From: Octopus vulgaris | Taxonomy: Eukaryota | Assembly (NCBI GenBank): GCA_951406725.2 | Contig: OX597827.1 | Coordinates: 5,022,001 to 5,086,000 of the forward strand | DNA length: 64,000 bases | Direction: 5' to 3' | In this document: positions 13,414-23,397 of the stretch, piece after piece | Layout: each line of letters opens with the position of its first letter | Numbering within the stretch: position 1 is the stretch's first letter | Position numbers and translations under genes: made by a program | The notes under the pieces: model-generated | Databases searched by the model: none | Told to the model about the DNA's origin: nothing | The model's input: only the letters and a program-made list of their open reading frames with translations

Positions 13414-13951
13414 CCTGATGCAGTACCAGGCAGTGGCTCTCATGCCTTCTGATCTTAACTGATTCGAAGTGTTATCATGTACATTGTTTTGTTTTGGTAT
13501 AAAAGATGGGCTACAGCAAATATTCTGCTCAATACCACAGATTTGCTTGTCAGTTGTTTGACCTTAACCAGTTGAACATGTCCCTTAGTGGCTGATGATA
13601 TGTGCATCTCTGATCATGAGCAGAAGTAGTGGGGGAGTATTATAGCCATGTGTTGAGAGGGATTCTTTGGAGTTTGAATAATTCACCTCTGGAAACACGG
13701 ATGGTTCGTTCAAAATCCTTAAACAATCCTTATTCAGGGACCTTTTGAGCAGGATGGGCTACTCGACCAGAAGAAAATTCTAACTGGGTTCCACCTGCAA
13801 GGTCATGTGCTGTTTATCTTGATATGAGATCACCATGTCGTGCACATATGGTTGTGATGCATGTGCCTAGTGTACCCTTATCAGGCGGATAGTCATGATG
13901 GGTATGCTGGGCTTCAGTGTCACTTTGATGGCATGCACTGTTCTCTCGCTC
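13412..13951 (+). mobile_element. ~540-bp non-coding interspersed element embedded in (TAA)n
   Basis: A second copy lies at 60897-61422 in the opposite orientation. Both are flanked on each side by (TAA)n/(ATT)n. Confidence 0.85.
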
Positions 13952-14189
13952 AATAATAATAATGATGATGATAATAATAATAATAATAATAATCACTGCT
14001 GATAACTTTCTTTTATTTCTGTTTTACAAGTTTAAGTCATTGGCTTGGTCACTGTCTTCAAAGGTTTTAGCCATTCATATTAACTTCAGTTCATATTTCA
14101 ATTTGGTACTATTTTATCAATCTATATTTTTAGAATGGTTAAGTTGTCTTTTAGACAAAGTATCAGAATTCATTGTGGCACTCTGCCAA

Positions 14190-14533
14190 TTATGATGACG
14201 AGGGTTCCAGCTGGTTCGATCAACAGAACAGCCTGCTTGTGAAATTACTTTGCAAGTGGCTGACCACTCCACAGACATGTGTACCCTTAATGTACTTCTT
14301 GGGGAGATTCAGCATGACACAGAGTGTGACAAGGCTGACCCTTTGAAATACAGGTACAACAGAAACAGGAAGAAAGAGTGAAATTTGTGGTGAAAGAGTA
14401 CAGCAGGGTACACCACCACCACCCCACTGCCAGAGCCTCATGGAGCTTTTAGGTGTTTTTGCTCAATAAACACTCACAACGCCCAGTCGGGGAATCGAAA
14501 CTGCAATCCTACGACCATGAGTCCACTGCACCT
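14190..14533 (-). mobile_element. SINE family D (intronic)
   Basis: Matches 59952-60310. Confidence 0.88.
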
Positions 14534-15048
14534 CTACACCAGAATGCATAAAGAGTGACAGAATATATTGAGACATACTTGCATATGTTTATGTCTATGT
14601 GTGTATGTGTGTTTGTATGTGTGTGTACATATATGTACGCATTCATACACACATGTTTGTATGTGTTGTGTGTGATGTACATATATATGTATATATATAC
14701 ACATACATATTTGTGTGTGTGTGTGTGTGTATATATATATCTTAGAAGAACAGAATGCAGTAAGTGGAGCAAGAACACACACGGAAACAAAAAGTGTCGC
14801 TGTAGAGGTCACATATGTGTGACAAAAGATTTTGGGTCAATGGACAGGTGTTAAAATAGTAAAATAACAGTAATAAATGAGTGAAGAAAAAAGAAAAATA
14901 ATGCATGTGCCTAAATAAAAATAAAGTAAAAAATAAAATGACCATCGTAAAATAAAACAATATCTGTTTCAACACACAATTTCAAACCAGGAATCTTCCA
15001 AAATGAATTGATAAACGAAATATATTTATATATATTTCATCTTGGTAT

Positions 15049-15126
15049 ATGTTTGGCTGAAGAAGGTAAAGCAAAATATGGGTGAGAGACATATCTTGCA
15101 AAACCTGAAACCTGCAGGTACCACAT
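15049..15126 (+). ncRNA. Type I hammerhead ribozyme-like motif
   Basis: tgg CTGAAGA (15057-15063), stem II aggt..gcaaaatatg/catatcttgc..acct, GAAA (15107-15110), palindromic stem III ACCTGCAGGT, GUA cleavage triplet ending at 15120, then cca pairing with tgg. Confidence 0.7.
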
Positions 15127-15316
15127 TATCCATTTTCCGGGTGTTTCATCTTTCAGATGTTCTCCCTGGAGGTAAGACGGTTTTTTTTCTCTATTTTGTT
15201 GCACACACGCATTTTTGCTAATACATACGCGGTGAAGCTAAACATTAGCGTCGTATTTTTACGTTCGCTATTTCCAGTAAATATCGGTACTTAGTTGTGC
15301 CATTTATTTACTAATT

Positions 15317-15351
<35 letters not shown>

Positions 15352-15355
<4 letters not shown>

Positions 15356-15576
15356 CGAGCTGGCAGAAACGTTAGCGTGTCGGGTGAAATGCTTAGCGGT
15401 ATTTCGTCTGGCGTTATGTTCTGATTTCAAATTCCGCCGAGGTAGACTTTGCCTTTCATCCTTTCGGGGTCGATAAATAAAGTACCAGTTTCGCACTGGG
15501 GTCGGTGTAATCGACTTAATCCCTATGTCTGTCCTTGTTTGTCCCCTCTATGTTTAGCCCCTTGTGGGTAGTAAAG

Positions 15577-15581
<5 letters not shown>
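15352..15581 (+). mobile_element. SINE family B in a (TA)n tract
   Basis: Near-identical to 2660-2886. Confidence 0.9.
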
Positions 15582-15613
<32 letters not shown>

Positions 15614-15706
15614 TATGTACATATGTACAGATACATGTATATATATGAATAAATATATTTATATATATATGTGTGTGTGTGTTTGTGTGTGTGTGCATTG
15701 TATATA

Positions 15707-17012
15707 CAGGGTGCGATGGGTAAATTGTCACCATTTTATATCTTTAATTTCATACATGTGCATTGTTTGTTTTTTATTTGTTGACTACACAGTATAGTAG
15801 AGTCAGTTGGGCACCATCTGTGAGGAAAACAGCACCATGATACTATTCACTCTGCCAGAAATTTGGAAACAACATGCTGTACTGCTTGGCATTCATGCTG
15901 GAAATTTAAATATGAACATTTCGGAGTGTTTAGGTGTGAATCTGAGGAAAGCACAGAGGATACAGAAAGATTGGATGAGACTAATTGTAATTACGAAGGT
16001 ACAGCAGCTCAGATAACTCATGCTGACCATTCTGATTAGAAAAGAACTCATGAATTTGTTGGTGGGATCCAGGCCATGATTGACAACAATCTGTCCAGGT
16101 CAATGAGGTCCATTGCCAGGGACATTGGAGTGTCTGAGTTTCTTATCAGGCAGGTAGTGCATGAAGACATTTGGTATTCATCATACAAGATGTGAAAGGG
16201 GCCAGTCTTTATCCCAAGCCATCAAGAACAAGAGGTAAGGCTGCACTTTGAAGCTTTTGAACAAACTCAAGCATCCCTTCCAACTAAACATGCTTTGGTT
16301 TTTCTTTTAGGATCAGATAAGTTTCTGTCAGGATGAGATGCTGAACACACAGAACAACCATTGGCTTGCCATGTCCCCAAAACATGTACTGAGAGTGATA
16401 AAAATCAAACAGCCTGTCAACATCATGGTGTTTGGAGTGATCACTAGTGATAGCGACGTTATGCCTCCATTTATCTTCTCCTGTAGCCTCACACTCAACA
16501 TGGAGGCCTACATCAAGTGCTTGGAGGAGGTAATGCTGCTCTGAGTAAAGAGGGTGGCTACTGGAAGACCCTATGTCTGGCAACAGGACTCTGCACCATG
16601 CCACACAAGCAGGACAACCCAGTCATGGATGTCAGACAATTTCTGTGGCCACATCACTCCTAACATATGGCTCCCTAACTCCACAGACTGCAATCCCCTT
16701 GATTATTATGTGTGGGGCGCAGTTGAACGAAAGACCAACAAAACTCCTTGTAACACCAAAGATGAACTGAAGCCAAGGATTATGGTAGCATTCACCAACT
16801 TAAACAAGGAGATCATCCAGAAGAGTTTCATAAGATTCGAAAGTCGTCTGGCAGCCATGGTTGAAGCCAATGGCAATTTTATTAAATAAATTTACTCTTT
16901 AGTATTTCAAGATATTTTTATGTAATTTTGGTAAATATATCTGTTAAAATGAGATGTCAATGTTATTTTTAATTTTCCATATTTTAGACGGCAATATATT
17001 CACCAAACCCTA
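15707..17012 (+). mobile_element. Tc1/mariner maT-family (DD37D) transposon, near full length, decayed
   Basis: TA-flanked termini cagggtgcgatgggtaaattgtc and gcaatatattcaccaaacccta. Transposase pieces IMVFGVITS and WQQDSAPCH...PNSTDCNPLDY have 37 residues between the second and third D. Internal stops and frameshifts. Confidence 0.88.
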
Positions 17013-17254
17013 TAACTCTCAACTCCATTGGTCACAAACGACCATGGGTGCACCTAAGAGCTTCCCCTCTGGAGTACAAGTCTGGGCAGAAAGTCATCTC
17101 ACCAGCGAATGCACAGCCTCAGGTTGTTTTTATGGAAGACCAGCTGTCACCCATGCATACCAGCCTCCCATCTCCACACCACTGATGCTATCCAAAGGAA
17201 AAGCAAGGGCTGATACAGCTTGGCACCAGTGACATCGCAACATGAAATAAAGTG

Positions 17255-18357
17255 TATCATCATTATCATCATCATCATTTAACATCCATTCTCCATGCTG
17301 GCATGGGTTGGACAGTTTGACTGGGCTGGCACGCTGGAAGGCTGCACCCGACTCCAGTTTGATTTGGTATGGTTTACTACGGATGGATGCCCTTCCTAAT
17401 GCCAACCACTTAGAGAATGTAATGGGTGCTTTTACATGTCACCGACACAGGTGCCATTTGTATGACACTGGAGTGTGTTTATGTGCCCCTGGTATGGGTG
17501 CCAATTTGTGTGACACCAGTATCTGTCGAGACTGCGATTTTGCTCAACTTGATGGGTCTTCTTCTCAAGCACTGCATAATATGAAAGGTCTTGGTCTTTG
17601 CCCAACACTCGAAAAGAACTCTGCTACTTTACCTCCATGAGGCCCAATGCTCAAAAGAAACTCAGCCATGTCACCTATGTGGGGTCCAACATTCGAATGG
17701 AACTCAGCCACTTTGCCTCTCTCAGGCCCAACACTTGAGAGGAACTCAGCCATTTTGCCTCCATGAAGCCTATCACTCGAAAGGAACTCAGCCACTTTAC
17801 CTCCATGAGGGTCAACATTCAAAAGATATTCTTTACGTGCCACCAGCATGGGTGAACTTGGCTTGAAGGGTCCTCTCTAGCACAGCAAATCGCCAGAGGT
17901 TTCGATCACCAGTCATTGCTTCTGTGAGGCTCAAATTTCGAAAATCTTGCTTCACCACCTTGTCCCACATCTTCCTGAGTCTACCTCTTCCATAGGTTCC
18001 CTCCACAGTTAGAGATCGGCATTTCTTTACACAGATGTCCTCATCCATATGCATCACATAATCATACAGTGTAGTCGTCTCTCTCTTGCACACCACATCT
18101 GATTTGTCTTATGCTTAACCTTTCTCTCAAGATGCTTACACTCTGTTGAACATGCACACTGACAGTGTACATCCAGTGAAGCATACTGGCTTCATTTCTC
18201 TGAAGCCTACACATGTCCTCAGCTGCCATAGCCCATGTTTCACTGCTGTGTAGCATAGCTGTTCACACACAGGCATCATACAATCTGCCTTACCCTCTGA
18301 GACAGAGGCCCTTTGTTGCCAGCAGGGGTAGGAGATCTCTGATCTTTGCTCAGCCTA
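17255..18357 (-). mobile_element. RTE-clade LINE 3' portion (same family), in the protocadherin intron
   Basis: MLHSSETWAMAAEDMCRLQRNEASMLHWM and VEGTYGRGRLRKMWDKVVKQD; (CAT)n tail at about 17255-17278. Confidence 0.88.
17600..17826. repeat. 42-bp minisatellite, about 5.5 copies, in the RTE 3' UTR
   Basis: aactc recurs at 17617, 17659, 17701, 17743 and 17785. Unit approximates aactcagccactttgcctccatgaggcccaacactcgaaagg. Confidence 0.9.
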
Positions 18358-18401
18358 TGTATTGTGTGAATGTGTGTGTGTGTGTGTGTGTGTGAGTGTG
18401 T

Positions 18402-18449
<48 letters not shown>

Positions 18450-18564
18450 TGTATTTAGGAATGGTCATTTTGCCAGTTTAGCCAATAAAAACACACACAC
18501 TATATATTTAGTGTTAATTTGCTTCAGCGTTATTTATTTTTTACATTAATCTTAGTCTTATTTC

Positions 18565-18609
18565 GGCCAAAGTTCTTTCGTCACACTTCTGTGACCTCAT
18601 CAGTGGTCC
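18565..18609 (-). ncRNA. Degenerate type I hammerhead-like motif
   Basis: Minus strand reads ggacca CTGATGA g gtcaca gaag tgtgac GAAA gaact t tggcc: 6-bp stem II, cca/tgg stem I, minimal stem III. Confidence 0.5.
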
Positions 18610-19679
18610 TTTGCTTTCTTCTTTCTTATTTGTGTGTCTCTCCTTACTAACGGTCAGCCATTTTGTATTTTGTATACAACACATGGCCTATATATCGGCA
18701 ACAGTTGGGGAGTTGTGCACTCATGTTCACAAGGTTATGGTTTTGATTCCCAGACTGTCAGTGCCCTGTGTTCACTTCATTTCATTTCATGTTGGTCGAG
18801 TTCACTCAGCTGTAAATGTGTAACCCTGTGATGGACTGACATTCCTTCAGTGAGGACATTAGACCTAGTCAGCTGATAGCGTCATTTGAAAGTTAAAACA
18901 ATGCGAAATACATAGTGATCTGTGGTGTACAATAATGCTTTATAATACGGCTGATACTGTGACTATTATATTCATATATATATATATATATATATGCATC
19001 AATATGTATGTATGAATGTATGTATGTATAGATGGGTGGATGTGTGGAGGTGGGGTGGGTTTAGGTATTTGGGTTTCTGTGTAGTTTGTCGATCAAATTC
19101 CACTCACAAGGCATTGCCCATTCCATGACTTTAGTCAAAGACACTTACTCAAGCTTCTCTACATCTTAAATTCAACATACTTATGGAAGGAAAGACTCAT
19201 TATTCCACCATTGCCAGGTATGAATATGAAACTAGCAGAAAATTTGTCAGAGGGCTTGAAGTTCATATGGACTGAGTGTAAAATTATTTTTATTGATTTT
19301 GTATTGGATTTGGTCTCACAAGAGACATCAAAATGATATAGAAACATAATATGGAATCTCTTCTCTAAGACAGTGAAACAATCCAAAATTTGAGTTCATC
19401 AATTATTGGATACCCCTCGTTTGTTTGATGATTTGAAAAAATATCAGGAGGAGTGGACAAGGTTGTGGAATATGTTAGCAAAACTTGATACTAACACAAA
19501 TAAGAATGAGTTAAAGAATCCCCAAAGATTATAAGTGGTATGACTGACTTAGGGATTCTTGGAAATTACTAATAGAGTGAAATGGGATAATTATACTCTG
19601 AACCTTGTTATATTACATTCTTAAAAGCTGAGAGAAATATCATTTGAAATTTTGTTGTAAAGTTATATGTATTGTCTTT

Positions 19680-19956
19680 CACTTCTTTCAGTGATTGGAT
19701 TGTGGATGTGCTGGGGAACCGTGTTTTAGAGTTTAGTCAAACAAATCAACCCCAGTACTTAATTTTGAAGTCTGGTACACGTTTTACCAATCGATTTTGT
19801 TGAATCATTAAGTAATGGAAATTTAAACAAGCTAATACCAGTTATCAAGTGGCAGTGATGGACAACACAGGCACCTCACGTATGTATGTATGTATATATA
19901 TACATACATACATACATACATACATACATACATACATACATACATACATACATACA

Positions 19957-19992
<36 letters not shown>

Positions 19993-20160
19993 CATATACA
20001 TACACACACACACACACACACGCACACATACTTAGACACATGCATATGTGATAGGATTCCACACTGTATCTCTTTGTCAAATTTAGTTACAAGGTATTGG
20101 TTGGTTCAGCCTATACTGAAAGACACAAAGACACTTGCCTAAGGTATTGTACAGCAGGAC
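19680..20160 (-). mobile_element. Old SINE family A copy with an expanded (TACA)n tract
   Basis: Degenerate 3' and 5' halves flank a long (TACA)n. Other degenerate pieces lie at ~3655-3795, 21555-21710, 33750-33900 and 60498-60537. Confidence 0.65.
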
Positions 20161-20442
20161 TTACATTTTAAAATTCTCAACTTCTAACAGCTAATTAGAT
20201 AAAGTATTAAATTTTAGAGTGAAAAAGTTGTTTTGTTTTTTTTATCGTATTCCTAGTTATATTATCATGGGCAAGATACAAAGAATATATATATTAGGGT
20301 TGATATAAAAAGCTACGCTTTTGGAGAAGGTGCCACAACATGGTTATAACCCTATTCCAGAAACCTGGAAAAGCACAAAAATGTGTATTGGTACTCAGAA
20401 TTGTATTGAATCAGTATTGAATTCAGAAGGCAGTATTGAATT

Positions 20443-20676
20443 AAAGGCGGCGAGCTGGCAGAAACGTTAGCACGTTGGGCGAAATGCTTAGCGGTATTTC
20501 GTCTGCCGTTATGTTCTGAGTTCAAGTTCCGCCGAGGTCGACTTTGCCTTTCATCCTTTCGGGGTCAATAAATTAAGTACCAGTTATGCACTGGGGTCGA
20601 TGTAATCGACTTAATACCTATGTCTCTCCTTGTTTGTCCCCCCTGTGTTTAGCCCCTTGTGGGTAATAAAGAAATA
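20443..20676 (+). mobile_element. SINE family B with an 11-bp TSD
   Basis: agtattgaatt at 20432-20442 and 20677-20687. Confidence 0.92.
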
Positions 20677-21348
20677 AGTATTGAATTCAGAATAAAAAGT
20701 GATCATAAGAAATTAAGAGACCTTTGCAATGTGAGTCGATATAATCTTACTTGCCAGTGGTGGTGGTGGTGGTGGTGGTGGTGGTGGCGGGGAGGGTGGT
20801 TAGCAATCAAACCCATTGAGATAATTTACAACTCGGTTGACCCAATCGTTCACTATATGGCTTAACCACCTGGCATATGTCTGTATCTATCACATAGATG
20901 CACACACTAGATGCACATGCTGGAAAGTAACAAAACTGTACACAAACAAGTGTCTCGATCTCAAATCATATTTGCAGATTTCGCACCTTATGATGATACT
21001 TGTCTTTTTATGCAAGCATCGTCATAATGATCATCATTTAACATCCATGTTTGCTTAGCTCAATAGTTCAAACAGAATTTACTGAGACAAATTTTTCTAT
21101 GGCCAGATTTCCTTTTGGTTGCTAATTCTTCTCAGTTTCCAGGTGAGGTAATATCTCCCTTTGGCCAGACATGTTTTTGTAGGGTATTGGAAATGAATGG
21201 CACACATTTACAACAATCACATGATTTTAAGATAAAGTGACACAAGTATATGTATACTCACACTTAAACACACACACACACACATACATACATAAATATC
21301 TACATACATACACACACATGCATGCATACATCATACATACATACATAA

Positions 21349-21383
<35 letters not shown>

Positions 21384-22200
21384 AACATACACTCACACAC
21401 ACATACATACATACATATATACAATAATACTCTGTTGTTGATGTTGAAATTCCAATGAAGGAATCTTGGATCTAGGTTAGAAACCAGTTCTTTCTCTATT
21501 GGCAAGAAATCTTGAAATAAACTGAATGATAACATACATATTTATATATGCATTTACGATGGGCTTGTTTTAGTTTTCCTCTACTGAATTCCCTGACAAG
21601 ACTTTAGTTGGACTAGGGCTGTAGCAGAAGGTACTCGTTCAAGGTATTGTGCAGTGGGGTTGAACCCAAAAGCACATGGTTGGGAAGTAAGCTTCTTGCC
21701 CACAAAGCCATCTACTTGGTATATCATTTCAGGAGCACACTCATATTAAAATATCTACATGAAGTTGCATTCTGGAAATCCTGTAAGAATGAAGCAAGCC
21801 TCATTTTGCTATGGGCATCCTACAGTAGTTTGTACTGTGAATGTAGGGTACATGAAAGAATTAATTGATAAATGAATGAATCAAATAATTCATCACTAAA
21901 TCACTTTCAGTTCTCTATGTTGTGTTTAATCTCCTTTAGATTTCGAATGCCTTTTCATTAGCTTGTAACATTTTAACCTAATTACTGAGTTTAATCTTTC
22001 ATTGTTTCAAGTTTGATTTTTGCAAAAACTGCATGTCACTGATATTTAGTTTGCAGCAATAGTAACCTTGAATAGTTTCTTCGGAAACTATCTGAATATC
22101 AGTAAAATTTTGTTTTGTTAAATAAAATATTGTTGAGAATGTTTAACAAAGGATATCATAAATTTATTCAGTGTTTTTATATATATTAGGTTATATGTAC

Positions 22201-22351
22201 CTGGGAGGGTTTCATAATGAGCTGTGCTTCTTTCACTCCAACCATGTCCGCTATCTGCACTTGAGGATAAAGTTGACATTTCGTTGATGTGATCAGCAAT
22301 AACAAGCATTCGCTCAGTTTCTTTATAAACACCAGATGTCATGGTTATCTC
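22201..22351 (-). CDS. Protocadherin cytoplasmic coding exon (EITMTSGVYK...SSSADSGHGWSERSTAHYETLP)
   Basis: Acceptor tcttgagcctttag|GAG at 22351 is phase 0, matching the upstream donor. Donor CCAG|gtacat at 22201/22200 is phase 1. The frame is open and contains a DSGHG motif. Confidence 0.85.
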
Positions 22352-23234
22352 CTAAAGGCTCAAGAGGAAACAGTCAAAGATAGAAATAAGGCAAATTCAT
22401 GACATCTTTGTTAACTTAAACCTACAATCTATGAATTTAAATTTATAATGGAATTTGGGGAGTAAATTTTCTCACTATTCTGTGTGGTTTATTTCATTTA
22501 TCTAATTACTTGTGTATTGATTTTTTTTCTCATTTCTAATACATTCCATTTTATAAAGTCATTGTATATGTTTGAAAATATTCTTTCATAATGCTTGTGG
22601 TAAAGTAAGGGTTTTTAAAGCTACCTGATTAAATAAGGTTCCTGGAGAAACTGTCATAGAGCATCTCAATATTAATATTTGTTGAGAAGGTGGTGGTGAG
22701 TCAGCAGAATTGTTATCATGTCGAGCAAAATGCTTAACAGCATCATTATGTTTAGAGTTCAAATTCTGCTGAAGTCAACTTTGCCTTTCGCCCCTTCCAG
22801 GGTCGAGAAAATAAGTACCAGTAGAGCAACAGGGTTGATGTAATTGACTTACCCCACTCCCTCGAAACTGTTGGCCTTGTGCCAAAATTTGAAACCAATA
22901 TTTGTTGAGAAGTATAAGAAAATAAATTTCCTATGGGATAGTAAATATATTACAAATAAACTTCAAAGTAAATTAGATGTCTGTTTACTACATTTAAATT
23001 TATTAGTAGAAACAATTACCGAAAATTATCACACAAATAAGAGAGCATAGACAGAATACAACAGATAAACTAGTATCTTTTAAATGCAGTTTTAAGACGA
23101 ATTTTTCTGTTATACATTAATTAATGAATTAATGCTGAGGCTGATGTTCATTAATTCAAACATTATAAAACTTTCACCTACTCAATATCAATTCAGTATT
23201 CATTAAGTCTCAATATTCAATAAGACACCTTATG

Positions 23235-23273
<39 letters not shown>

Positions 23274-23397
23274 CTGAGAATAATTTTTTTTATCTTCATG
23301 ATTATTTTCTGAAGACATTTTAAAGAGACCCATATAACACGTGTGTATGCACACATATGCAAAAGAGAAAAAAATGGATTAAGACAAAAAAACTTAC

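Noticed and set aside
17600-17826. CRISPR-like array or 14-aa repeat protein
   Set aside because: Contiguous degenerate tandem units without unique spacers, inside a LINE UTR in a eukaryote.
23320-23397. Last 25 codons of the 818-aa ORF as the true C-terminus
   Set aside because: They follow a consensus donor CAG|GTAAGT and are low-complexity, and phase-matched downstream exons exist.
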